64,000 bases of DNA. It comes from Haplodiscus bocki. Its lineage: Eukaryota. Location of the stretch: NCBI GenBank assembly GCA_965655095.1, contig OZ296659.1, forward strand, positions 26,040,001 through 26,104,000, read 5' to 3'. Under the pieces are notes generated by a model. That model had not been told where the DNA came from and ran no database searches. It worked only from the letters and a program-made list of their open reading frames with translations. A program made the position numbers and the translations under genes. Positions 41,121 through 53,955 of this stretch are shown here, one piece after another; within the stretch, counting starts at the first letter, position 1; every line of letters begins with the position of its first letter.

Positions 41121-42332
41121 AGTATTTCCAGATTCACCTAACAGGATCAACACGCAAAACGACCCATACGGATCAGTGACTGAAAATGTCGCCGACGAGG
41201 ATTTTACATAAAAGTTTGAGTCTGGCGCCGCTGAAATTGAAGATCTTACAAAACGTCTTGTTCCTTTTGCTCTTTTGAAAGGTTAACATAATACGAACAA
41301 CAATGATAACATATAGGTTTCAACCAAGGCCTTTTAACAACTCTCCCTATAAAAATTAACGCTATTTTTTCGGGATCACGAGTTTTTTCACTAATATCTG
41401 ACTTTTTTGAGAGTTTGTTCTCATATTTGAATCTTAGTTGTACTTTTCACCTCTGAAGATATTTTTTTTTCAGTTTTTCTTGTTCTAATTTTTAAACAAT
41501 GCTAAAGGGGAGAATACTCTCTTTAAAAGCAGTTGCGCTTTAGTACTCTGTCACTCTGCTACTAGTTGCTGCTTCGATTCACTCAATTTCATCATGCTTG
41601 TTGTTTGCTTTCAAGCTTCCCTTATGTGCTTTGATTGCTCCATCTACCTTCTTAGCGGACATCTTTTTTTTTGTGTCAGCCTACTTTCTGGACCAAAAAC
41701 GAATGTCGTACGTACCAGTTGCTTTACCAACTCTGGACAATTGATCGTTTCGATTGCGACTCTAGACAACGCCTCATCGAAGATGTAGGGCCCTGCTACT
41801 TTTGTGACTTCTTGATAAATCATTTTGTCTCATTTGTTTCTTCAAGCACAATAATATATCCAGTATTTGTCGTTTTTGTGGTACATCACAGGCCTAATTT
41901 ATCATATACCCCTTTTATTCTTCGTCCAGATACAGTTTTTATTTAACTACTTTTCTGATTGAGACCAACTTCTTGTTTTTGAGTTCCTTGCTCCGTTTTG
42001 GGCGTATATTATGTACATATACCCACATTTTGCTCTTCAACTTTGAGTTGTTTCTTTCAATTCATCTCTGTCAGGAATAAACAGAAGCCTATTTTGAAAA
42101 TATAGCCTATTTAACATCAACAAGGTATGTTCTTAATTCTCTACACATACTCAGTTCCCAAAAATATAAAGGCAAAGAAATATAAGCAATTGTTCCCTAT
42201 TTTGGTTTTAGTGTTATTTACTGAAATATTACAGACAATCAACAACCCACTTTTGCGCTTTTGATTCCTCATTTGAATTTCCTCTTCCCCCATTTTTTTC
42301 GTGCTCATATAACCCTTCCATCTTTTTTTCTT

Positions 42333-42692
42333 TGCTGAAAATTGAGGCCTAGTTTTTCTCATTTTTTTCTCTTTTCTTCTACTTTTTCTGGGTTTTTTGT
42401 GTGCGCTATCTTAACTTCGACTAGTTTTTCTTGGTGTTTCACGCTCCTCTTGTTTCTGTCACTGCTTTTTGCTCAGGACTACCCGTCATCCCTCTGTTGG
42501 TAGTGTCATGTTCTTCATCATGATATATCAAGAATTCGAAATCTTGCCCACCAAGAACAGACAAGGACCAAGTACGATACCCAGCCAATGAGACGCCAGC
42601 ACGTGAAGGGTGCACCTGAGAAAGCCCCAAAAAAGAAGACTCTCATTACCAGCTGTCGTCACTAGTTGTTAATCAAAACTTCATAATCTTTC

Positions 42693-42737
<45 letters not shown>

Positions 42738-42812
42738 CTCTCTCTCTCTCTCTCTCTGTATTGAGTCCTAATAGTAAAGAACTTATAATAGATTCTTTAT
42801 CTACCCTCTACA
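42333..42812 (+). repeat. LTR-like repeat, copy 2, with (CT)n at ~42690-42757
   Basis: Diverged direct copy of 26961-27533, downstream of env. No convincing TSD. Confidence 0.7.
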
Positions 42813-43019
42813 AATTTCCCGAGATAACTTAGGAGAGAACCCTCTGAAATATCTCCGCTGAAAATTTGTTAAGTCCTTCTTCAAGTCATCCACCCAAGTA
42901 AAAACACTTGCCGCTCGACCTCCGGTCATATGACAGATTCCTATCTTTTTTCATTCATATTCTCCGCGAGAAGTTACTCTTTTTTTTGTTGCACTAGACG
43001 TAGTGCCAGCAGTCCATAT

Positions 43020-43340
43020 AATTTGAAGGATGCTGCTTCGTTCGACATCCAGAATGCGTTCCTGGTAATGGTAATTCATTTTTCGCGCTTTCTGTGGGGA
43101 TCTGACAGTCTTTTCGACATTTTGATTAACGGATCAAAGATCTTCACATCAAAAAATTATCGTGTGAAATGGTGGCTCCAAGGACCATTTGCTTCAACTT
43201 CTAGGCAATCTACACCCTCTTTGGTGATTGATTCGTTGTGAAAGTTTTTGCCTTACAACGGTTGAAAAAAATTTTCAATTTGGAAATAGTTGCACACTTC
43301 ATGCATGAATTCGCAAAATTGTCCCGCATCTTTGGTTTTT
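43020..43340 (-). mobile_element. CRE-type (RLE) non-LTR retrotransposon 3' fragment
   Basis: Minus strand: RDNFA..EV, ANGPW, FDVKIF, YQERILDVE. Homologous to 47385-47680. Confidence 0.7.
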
Positions 43341-44254
43341 TGGGACTGTTATTTTGTTTTCCCCCAAGTATACCATTGTATTTTGTAGCAAACAGAACTA
43401 TTGTTTTCGTAATTGCGTGGATCCAAGGGCAGCGCTTGGTAATTGTAGAATATCAGTAACAGTTCGAAATGTAAAAGTCTCGAAATTCACCTCATTTGAA
43501 GCTCCGCCAAGAACCAGAAGTTCACGCACTTGCACTTACCTCACAAAACTTTCTTTAATTGAAAAAGAAGACAGTTGACATAATACTGCAGTTCAAAAGA
43601 ACCGAAGAAGCGTGGTCCCTCCGACCATCCATAGACGTTTCTCAGTAACTATTTACAACACGTGATTGGGCCAGCTTCTTGCAATCAATACTGGTTACAT
43701 TTGCGTGAATTCCTTTTCTGTTAGGACTTGTTTGCAAAATTTTGTTCCAAAATGAGGCTGTGATGCATTGATTTACACTCCCAAGAGGTGAATTTGGAGG
43801 CACAGGTGCTTACGCTAAGACAAACTTCTAGGCAATTGAAACAACTATTTCGATCTAACTAATTTTGTTTCGTCAGTAACAGACATTTTTTTGAAATCAT
43901 GCACTTCATTATGCAAGCAGGGACTTTATTATTTTCTCTGCAAGATTCATTCGACACACATCCGAATCTTAAACAAATATACGTCCTTTCTCTTGTAGAT
44001 TGTGGATTGTCATGAACATAAGTAATTAACTAACTCTTCTCCAACCCTGCCAATCTTTCGATCGTAGGTTTCTGAGAGAGTGCTTAAGAATTTTCCATGT
44101 ATTCATGAATTAATTGTTTTTGATTAATATAGACTTTTCCTTCAAATGACGGGCTTATATTTGTTTAGTTATGGTAGTACTAGATAACTGTCTTTATGAA
44201 AAGCGAGGGGTTTTTGGCAGTTCGTTTATTGGATAAATTGTCGTAATCTTCTTC

Positions 44255-45016
44255 CAACCCGGGTCAATTTTTTTGAGATTCGCCGTCATTTTTTTAATAT
44301 CGCCGGTAATTCCGCTGATAGCGCCATTAATGCGCTAAGAACCGCCGATTCGTCGCTATCGTAGCACATTTTTGGAGAAAATTGAAGATCAGCGGTTTTT
44401 TGCAAAGAAACGCCGCTAAAGTCGCCTATATTTTAGAGAAAGAACGACGCTAAATTATGATAACGCAGTCCGAATGTCAATTTTGAAGATTCTTTCTCAG
44501 AAGAATCCAATAGAGGTCCCCAAGTTTCTGAGATGAAGCAACAATTGACTTGATGTACTTATAAAAATCAAAAATCTTATAGTACAACTTTGCGGATGTT
44601 TTTTTTGTATCGAAAGAAGCAAAAACAATTCTTGCTTGAAAAACTGTTATCATTGTGTTCTGTACATCCCATCATTTTGTTCTATAGAAGATTCAATCGC
44701 GGAATTTTTTTCTAGATTCAACTTCTTCTTTAACCTCTGGAAAGAGTTTTAGTTTTTGGGCTCGGCCTAGAAACGTATTAAACATCACGGAAAAACTTTT
44801 CGTACAAATTTTAAATGAACATAAAAAACAGTACGCTAACGGCGTTATTTTGCTACGAAAGTCCGGTAAGTGCCGTTAATTTTCCAAGAAATGCCGGTAA
44901 CTGCCGTTATTTTTCCATGAAATACCAGCGTTTTCGCGTTTTTTCCGCCGCCGCCGCCGATCCGCCGTTATCGTTGAAAAAATTTTTGAAATTTTTGAAA
45001 TTCAACTCCCGGGTTG
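44255..45016. mobile_element. MITE-like element with CAACCCGGG...CCCGGGTTG ends and GCCG(T/C)TA-type subterminal repeats
   Basis: Inverted termini, clusters of GC-rich short repeats at both ends, non-coding interior. Confidence 0.55.
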
Positions 45017-45466
45017 AAACAGCCAAGATTTCAACCCGGGAGTTCTTGAAGTTTTCATATTTGCCTAAAAAGTTTCCGTTCCTTTGCTGCAGAAGTCGAA
45101 GCTGCTTACATGAATATTTAATGGGACCGTGTATGTCGGTATGTCAACTTGTAAACCATGACTTGCAGAGACGTAAGCTAAGCTCGAAAGATATCAGATC
45201 TGCGAGAGGGCAGAAGTCTTGGAAATGTGAGGAGGAATCCACTGTGTCAGAGAAGAATTCAAAGTTTGGGTTTTTGATGTGCTGCATGCTCTACACCTAC
45301 TCTACGGTGTCATCAAAAGGTCCCCTTGTTTATTTAGAACAAATAGAGGGCAAAAATTTACCTCATCGTACGACAAGTTTAAAGGCTTCGAAAGTTATAG
45401 ATTTGCTTTGGAAAAACAACATTCCGTCTTCAATGACGGCTCTAATTGAATTTTCAAGTGGCTCGT

Positions 45467-47186
45467 TGTCTTGCCGGGTACGTGCGCGGCTAGCAGACGC
45501 TTCACTGTTCCCAGCGGATTCCAACTCAGTCCGACCCGTTAATAGAGCACAAAAATCCTCTCTTCGTCCGAGGATTGAGTCAGTCGCTTGTTTGATTCCT
45601 TCGTCAACCGATCTAAGCGTCAATTCAACGGCGAATGTTTCAGTCCCTCACGGGTCAACTTCTGGTTCTTGCTTGAGTCTTAAGCCAATCGTAACAGAAG
45701 AACTACAGAGCGTCTGAGTGTCGGCTTCGGTTCCGCTGCTCATTAACTAAACAAAATGCTCGTTAATGTTGAAATAGTGAATTTTAGCCTAAATTGATGT
45801 GTATTTAAGGTCAGTGTGGTATTGAAGTGAGCAAAATTACAAGTGTACAAAATACTAGAGTCAGAATGAGGTTATTGTTAGACAAAGTTGAGGAGACTAT
45901 AGCTTCACGAACTTGCGAAACTTACATATAGTTTCGTATGTAGCAGAGTAAAACTGGTTTTGTCGTGGTCAGTGATCAATCAGGGTTCTGTCGAGGTTGG
46001 TTGCACGGAGGGGTGGTGGCTTCCTTGCGGACGCAATCAGGTCTTATGACTATTTGGGTGCTTCGCATTGAAACTCACATTCACACCCAAACTGCATAAT
46101 ATCTACTAGCACCGATTATCCTTCTAACTGACGCATTTCTAATAACGTACTTCCATTTATAATTAAACTGTGTGGTTTCGACCGCACTGATGATGTATTG
46201 ACAGTATTTTTGGTTGCATCAAAAAATATTCCAATTTTAAAAGCACCAATTTATAATGATGGTAATTGCCTGGAGAATTGAAATGAGGATAAGTACGGCT
46301 GACTGTAATTGATCGTGTTTTAGCACTGGCGAATAAACACTTGAAATAATGCAGGCAATACGTCTAGCACACTTTAGAGATTTGCCAGCGCTTGTTCAAT
46401 TAAATAGCAGTGGAGTGAAGTCTGCAAGAGCTCAATCTCAACATTGCACTACTGCTGCGGTGGAAAATGGACATTCGAGTGTGAGGTGTGATACGGTTCA
46501 CTCTCGATGATGAATTTTGTTGAAGTTCAATTGTGACTGCACTCTGAATGCTGTGTATAATGGCTCGGTTTAAACGATGGTTTCAATGAAAGTTGGTACG
46601 ACCTGCATTTATGGAGTCAGATGTTTGTCGGCTCACTCTAATCAATAATTTTCAATTTTGTTTCACTGAAGTGAAGCATATTGCAGCTCGCTTCCAATTG
46701 ATGAAAGTTACTGGAGAAAGACGGTTGAGTATCACGGTGATGATGTGTAGTAAAGCTCACTCGTATTAAAGGATTACGAATTACGTGAATCTGTTGCGTT
46801 TTAGAGTGATGTGTGTTGCGAACCACTCTCGTTTTCAAAATCAATGGTTGGCAATATAACTGCAGTGAAGTGAGGTGTGCTGCACTTCACATCCGAGTGA
46901 TTATCTAATTCATGGATTATGGTGCAGAGCATGGATAGCATCAAGTGAGGCATGATTTATCTGATTTTTCACATTCATGAATAAAACATATTCGGGTTCA
47001 TATCGTTGGGAGTTGGGAGAAGAAGTAGTATTACATAATGGCTTTTAAATCGAGTGTTTGTAATGCTGAATATGTTTGTTTGTACTAGGTGATACTAAAT
47101 AGATGTAAGTACTTTATATTAGGACATAGGCTAATTGCATAATAAGATTGTTTGGATCGTATTTCCTGCATGCGAGCATTATGACA
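45467..47186 (-). mobile_element. Solo LTR (1720 bp) with 5-bp TSD CTCGT
   Basis: CTCGT|TGTC...GACA|CTCGT. Carries a gag-like ORF from ATG 45743 that runs out of the LTR. Confidence 0.9.
46413..46892. repeat. Array of GAGTGA-N13-TCACTC palindromic units, period ~66 bp
   Basis: Units start at 46413, 46479, 46614, 46669, ~46738, 46804 and 46868. Confidence 0.8.
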
Positions 47187-47384
47187 CTCGTTCCATTTGA
47201 TTGATCTAAAGCCCTTCAACTAAAGTTTTGAGCTAAGGAGGAGAGCCAGGTTTTTTTGGTTGGGATATACGTCATGACGTCGCCATATGATTCCGGTCGT
47301 TTTTTCCCAAACTCTCCGCGAGGAGTTGCAATTTTTTCATTGCACCGGGCGCAGCGCCACCTGTGCATGAGATTAGTGGAATAA

Positions 47385-47770
47385 AACTGCCTTGCTCGAC
47401 ATCCAGAATGCGTTCCTGGTGTTTCAGTTTTTTTTGTTTTTTTGATGCTTGTAGGGATCTAATAAGGTTTTTGACGTTTTGGTTAACCGATTAAAGATTT
47501 TCATATCAAAGAAACTTGTGAAACGGTGTCCCATAGTCCATTCGCTTTAATGTCTAAGCGAGTTTTTTCTTCTCTTCATGTTGACTTGATGTCAAAGCTT
47601 TCGCCGAGCAACGGTTGAAGAAGAGGTTAGTTTTCGACTTTGTGGCACACATTATCAATGAACTTTGCAATGGCGTCTCTCATTTCGCTGTGGCGTAGTT
47701 TTGTATATCCACCTTTTGGACAACTCAGTGCATGGGCTAGCGTGAAATCGTTTCCGTAGTTGAATCCTTA
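47385..47770 (-). mobile_element. CRE-type (RLE) non-LTR retrotransposon 3' fragment
   Basis: HALSCPKGGYTKLRHSEMRD (CCHC / RHxxxRD motif) through QERILDVE. Confidence 0.78.
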
Positions 47771-47779
47771 TGTGCTGTT

Positions 47780-50700
47780 TACATAGTGGTCCCAGAATTT
47801 TTTCCCATGGTGTAGATGTTGAATTGTTTGCAGTATCTTTCATGAACTCTCCTGCTAATGTAATCCAATAGCTTTGAACGAGGGAAGTTTTCAGAAGTAT
47901 TGCCAACCATGAAAAAAGTATTATGGATGCCAAAGTAATTACTACCAAATAGTAATTGTGAGCTACTAGCTCACCTTCTCCAACAAATGAAGATAGCATT
48001 GTTCAAATTGGCTGTTTTTTCTGTGGCTTCAATGTTCACTTTTCACTTATGTACGTTATCAAATCGGCGTATATCAAATATACGTCATTTTGTCGCCGCA
48101 TACCAGGCCGGCGTGAAAATTCCCTGTTTTTATGGCGTACGGACCTGCGCATCCTGTAAATGAGAAACTTAGTGAAAATATTCTTTCTGTCGACATCTCT
48201 TAAGCTTTGTTAACATTTGTTTTTACTGATGGTGTCGTAATACTTGAGGGCGTCTGCTATATTCGTTGAATTGAATTTTGAATGTGGATTGAAGAGCGTT
48301 TTTATATAACGTCTCTCAGCGGTTTTAAAGAGGTCTCTTTATATAATTGACTTCACTGTTCAATCGTGCCTCATCTTCACGGCTGTGAAATTGTTATCAA
48401 AGCATTCACCCCGCCAAGAGCTGTCTCAATTGTAGCATCATGGCAGATTTCATGTTTAACTTTAGACGTTTCATTTCTGACTGCATATTGTAAGATGTGG
48501 CTATCGCCGCTCTCTAGAAAAAGCAGAGATTGTGCATTACTATACTTTTCGTGTAAGAATACTGTGCTGGTAAAAATTTTAGATCCAAGCCATACAGCAG
48601 CGCTATTTTATTCATACTCCGACAATTTGAAATATTAGCCATATCAGGAGAAATTCAAAAGCCAGCTCCAGGAGCCTTTTTGGGAACCAAAACCGAGGAA
48701 TATTTTCCAATCTCGTCCAGCTTGAGTGCTGGGTCATTTGTTTTGCGCTTCAAAACTTCATATTTTTCAATACGGAGAGGTTCGGCAATTACAGGCTGTC
48801 ATTCAAAAAATGTTGTTTAAATTTTGCTAAAGCGCTCGGCTCAATCTATAATATCGAGCATGAGATTTCTCGGGTTCGATCTCCGGGCGTCAGAATATTC
48901 AAGCTACGGTCTCTAATGCGGAACAAGCAAACGTTCAGCAACTTTTGACCCATGTCGATTTTTCCGGACACTTTTGGTTGTTGTTGATCCCTAATAGCAT
49001 TTCCAGTTTCAGATAGCAGGTTATCACATTGAGAGTGGTATTTTGCGAATATTGTTTTATGTTGAGCTCCCTAAGTGACAGCCTTTCAGTCATTTTGTGG
49101 AAAGATTTTTGATAGATCAACTACTTCCTCTCGAAGTTTGATTTTATCAATTGTCAATTACATATGTCATGTGTTAGCACTACCAATCACTGATCCAAGA
49201 ACTCCTGTGTTCAATAATTACATAAGTATCTCGTTTTCAGGAAGCACTCGGCACTTCTTCCATTTTATGACTTTCGATGTCTCCATTGAAATTTCGTAAA
49301 CGACAACCCAACTGGGGTTCATGTTTTTTTTTCAGATCAGCAACAATTTTTGTCAAAGAAACGAGTTTTACCGCTGCGGTAAATAGGTATGTATACAGGT
49401 TCTGGAGCGCTTTACGATTTGACATTTTCAATCGGTAAGTTGACATTACTAATGGGTCTCCGGTGTTGCCCCGCCTTTTTTGTTTTGTTGTTTTAAGGCT
49501 TCTGAAAGCGAGATCTCTGTTCAGGCTGCTGAAGGGATGTTTCGATTAAATCAGTAAAACAGCATGATCATCCTTCGTCGAAAAAGACACTCGATTGCAA
49601 TGCTTTGATTCTTCAATGCCGCTTCTTGGGCCGAAGCATCATACAGTGTGGCTGCTGATGATAACGAAATCCAATTTAGTACCGACTGTTACTGGTCCTC
49701 CAGCCAGTGTTCTCACAACCTTTTCAACCTATATAGATTCCACTCCAAGTATCTATCTGGTGCTATGATACGACAGGCTTCATAGCGCACCAGGCAATTT
49801 TCATCCATTTCAGAGGTTGAGAGTGTAGTGGCCATTGGTGGGATTGTTATACAGATCTCAACAGACGAGCTTTTGAAAACAGTGGAGATTCTATGTCAAT
49901 CATCATATTCAATCGTGAAACCCATTAGTTCTATGTGCTTCCCGTGCAGCTCATTCGATTTTCCCTTAGTCTTTTTTAATAGAAGGTTACAAGGCATCGC
50001 TATGTGAAACTTTCTGGGCGATTTTGGTATTGAATGTTTCGCGTAGAGAATTCCAAAGCTGTTTTGCCAGTAACCATTCAGTTGGGCAGCTTTTCTTTTC
50101 ACCAGTTAACCATCAGATGGTATCTGAATTCTGCCATTCGACATATAATTTTCGAGTACTTTGAGACTGTTTGATGTTGCTATTAGGAAATTTTCTTCTT
50201 TTGTTTCGGCAGTGAACTCAATTTATTGAAGAGTTCATTAGAATTTTGATTTTCAAACAAACCAAATCGTCTAGCCGGGACAACACTGAGTAAATTTTTG
50301 TCTGAAGTTTTCGTGGGAGCAAGCTTTTGATGAAGAAGTGTCATAGCTAAAGTAACGGCCTGTTTCGGTTTGTCCGGATCATTGGAAGAGCTGCTCACAG
50401 GCGGATGCTCAAAGTGTCGAGAAAACCTGTATCCGTTCTTCTTCTTTTCTGATAATCAAGACGGTTTTCTAGTGGACAAATTTCTGAAACAATTTAGTGA
50501 TAGTTACGCGGTGCTGCTGAGTTAAGCATTCCCATAGCGCAATGGGGTTCGATGTGGTAATTTTGGCTGTGAGTTACATATTGTTAACAGTTGGTGTCTC
50601 ACTGCGAAATCTTGTTCAAGCAAGCCCTGGAAATTGAGTGTTTTGACTTTGCTGAGCCACTGCATCCTACATATATGCATATTTCGTCTTGATTACAATA

Positions 50701-53229
50701 GACCCCGCCACATATGAAGTCATTCGAACAAATGGTGCAATTCGTATCATGTGCTATTAAAAGACCTGAGCTAAACTTTGAAAGTTATGAAACCTGCGAA
50801 TAAAAATTTTTCTAATCGACGAGAACATTACCAATTTTAGAATCGTCTTTTCGGTGGTTTCTAATTGGCTAGGATTTTGTGGCTTTCGTTTTGGTTCAAC
50901 AGCCGATTTCTGTTTCTACGGATGATAGTGACCTCAAAAAGAAAGTATTACCTTCAGCTCCAGGAAACACAGCTACGAGGGGTCTGTCAGCTCTGTTGCT
51001 GTTCTTTCTGCATCTGAAGCCGTTGCCCACCGCAACCTTTTACGACTCTCCAATCTAGGTGAGATCTTTGTTTTAGAAACGTCCCCTTCTAAAATCATCT
51101 TGGGGCACAGGGGTATTGCTGAGGTGACTTCCAAAGTATTTGACGAGTTTTGTTGTATCTGCTCCAATATATTTACCATGATGTCCTCCATTTTTCCCAG
51201 TGGTCTTTGAGGTGTTCAAGTTGAAAAAAACTCAGATTGTCGCCCACTCCTGTTAAGAGCTGACAGACCTACCCGGATTGAAATAATGGTCGAAATTTTT
51301 CCGGTATAAAGGCGTTAACGGCGTTTTGCTAGTAAATTAGCGGCATTAGCGGCGTTTACGCCACTATACCGGAAAAATAGCGGCGTTTTACCAAAAAGTT
51401 CGACCCAAGTATTGCTGTGGGCCCTCAATGGACTTTGGGTCAAGCCAATGGTCTCTTCGTTTTGGTTAAGGGACCTTTCGTATGTAGATGCAGATGCTCC
51501 CTTTCTATTGTTGCGGTGATCGCAGGCAGATGGTGGGCCATAGACGAGCTGATCTCATTTGAATTTGGAGATATCTTTAAAGTCAACTTTGGCAATTTCT
51601 CTGCGCTCCACTAGATCTTCCAGGGTCATTTCTGGAGAGATGCGCAGCGTTTGCCAAAAATCCATTGCTTCGTCACGCAAGAGACTCTGCAAATAACGGA
51701 GTTTGTGCTCGTCAGTGATGCGATTCTGATGCAGTCTCAAGTGATTGAGTAGAAGATTTTAAAACCTGTGGAACTTGTCTTTGGAACTGCTGAGTTTTGA
51801 AACCTGAGTGTAAAGCATTCGGGCTTGTGCTGTGTTTTATTGAAGGATATAACGCAACTTGTTGAGGGCTCTGACGACGTGATACATGGGTGAACTGGTG
51901 ATATGATCAGGCTCAAATTCAGCGTCTTCCAATATGAGAGGTCGTTGTTGTCTATTGGGTTGATGAATTGTGGAGGTCATCTGTTCGTGCTGTCTCGTCA
52001 TCGAATTCATTTTCCCTGTTATCTTGTCAGGACGCGAATTCATTGAGGGTCCTGTTATCATGACAGACCTACTGTTGTGGGCCCGCGATGGACTTTGGAT
52101 CAAGCCAGTGGTATCTTCGTTACCTCTCAGAGGGACTTGTCTGAGCTCGGTAGTCGCCTTGATTTCTCTAGCTACCTCTTCAGACGTATTGGGGTGCTTA
52201 AACTACTAGCACTGTTGAAGCCCCTGGTTCGTTACCAGTCAAACTGCGATTTTCATCACCAGTTTTAGTAGTATTCACTGCTTCATCGATTGGGGTGTTC
52301 ATTTCGGTACACAAAAAATTAGTACGAAGTTATTGTTTTGAAATAGTTTTAGTGAGGTTACAAATTTGGTGCCAAATTTTTGCAAGATGAATTGAGCTGT
52401 ATAATGATGTCTGGTCTTCCTGACAGATGGTAGTGTCGCGTAGTGTTTAGGTAAACTGAGTTGTGTCGTTGCTGATTGTATATTGATGTTATTGCGTGTC
52501 TAATGACTTGAAATTCCTGTGCTGAGCGATCAATTAACGATGTTTGGTCAAGTGACACTATGCGGAACTAACATTGGTTATTTGCTTTGGCACTTTCCTT
52601 AACACAACGCTAAACCAGCCTCAATTCCATTATATAGCCTCAGTTACAGTTTGGGCTTCGATTGGTTTCACTCTGATGTCTTCTGATTGTGGTGGCGATA
52701 ATTGTTTTATATGGCAATCATTCATGATCAAACGGCTCAAAATACCCTTCTAATATTGAAATGAAACTATGGCTGTATATCACGAACGACGCACTTCGCT
52801 AATCAACGCTCAACGATGATGCTTGGATCAGGAGTGAAATATTTAATTCCTAGTACGAAAATGGAAGCTCGCTAAACTAAATAAATTATAGTGCAATGAA
52901 TGGATGTTGTTTAACAATGTGCCTGTAACGTTTCACTAGTGTTATGACAAGCAACGTAGTGTTAGCGTATAGTAGTGCACTACGATGTCGATGTAGCTCA
53001 CTAGAATACATATAAAACAAAATCACGTTCATAACTGATTGGAAAGAAATACTAGTACATAGAGGCGTTCATATCGTGTTGTGCTTATAAAAATGCATAA
53101 ATTGCTCATATTTTGTGTGCTAATAAGTAGCAAAAGGGTTTCATTCATATAAAATAGGCTTTTTGCATAATCATATTATATTGTTCATATTTTCATCCTG
53201 CAAGGGCATGACAGCAGCACTTTATGACG
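47780..53229 (-). mobile_element. Decayed Gypsy element: 5' LTR (~52238-53229), PBS-like site (52221-52237), gag (~52302-51415), pol (~51200-48200)
   Basis: TGGTAACGAACCAGGGG follows the LTR end; gag HKLRYLQSLLRDEAMDFWQTL; KYAY RT remnant; integrase-like remnants. Confidence 0.7.
51268..51414. mobile_element. Short MITE-like palindromic insertion related to 44255-45016
   Basis: TTTTTCCGGTATA...TATACCGGAAAAA inverted repeat and TAGCGGC/TAACGGC repeats; interrupts the Gypsy element. Confidence 0.5.
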
Positions 53230-53955
53230 TTTTGCGCGTTATGTTTGATGAGTAAATCTCTGATATAGGGTGTTCAGGAGTTTTGATGAAGCGTTCTGAC
53301 CTTTGACCATTGGTCTGATCAGAAATTTCTGACATTCAATTTTTTTGGCATTCTTGCTTTTTGTATTTCTGTAATGTTGGTCCGCGCTGCTTTTCAGTAT
53401 CCGGTATGAGGGATGATGACTCGCATTCACAGTACAATTACATTTTTGACGGCAACTCCTCTTGCTTTGAACTTGTGTAGATGTGGGAGTTGTCGATATC
53501 ATTGTCAAGTCGATGGCGTCCTTGTGTTGATTCTAGCTAAACTTCTTTGGTAAGGATGGATCCAAAAATTAAACATCTTCTGATTCCTTAATCATGGATT
53601 TTTATAGCCGGTGTTCTTGTCTTTGTGAGTGGGGAGCTTCCCTGTTTAAAAGGACTCTATGTTTTTTTGAATTTGTCCGAATTTTATCTTCAAACCAGGC
53701 TGAGAGTGCTCCCGATTCCTTGGTGAGTTAATTCAACAGTTTTTTAGTTACAGGAGATTAAGAGTGCTGTGTAATAGGAGAACAGTAGCAGTTTGCGTCT
53801 GGTGACGTCTGGCTTTGTTACAAAAGTGGTTAACAGGAGATCTGGGAAAAAATGCTTTCCTGTGGGACTCACACTGTTGCTTGGAATGGTTTACAGTTGG
53901 CTCCGCTGACGTTAGTTCCCACTCTTTTGATTGTAGAGAACTCTGTGGGTTCAGC

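Noticed and set aside
26961-42812. Single intact provirus bounded by paired LTRs
   Set aside because: The LTR copies are strongly diverged, there is no TSD or clear adjacent PBS/PPT, and opposite-strand fragments intervene; pairing is unproven.
44815-45717. 300-aa plus-strand ORF
   Set aside because: It runs across a MITE end, a spacer and the antisense strand of an LTR, with no recognisable domain; a chance open frame.
48825-48890. tRNA gene (GGTTCGATC B-box)
   Set aside because: No complete cloverleaf or clear A-box; at most a SINE remnant.
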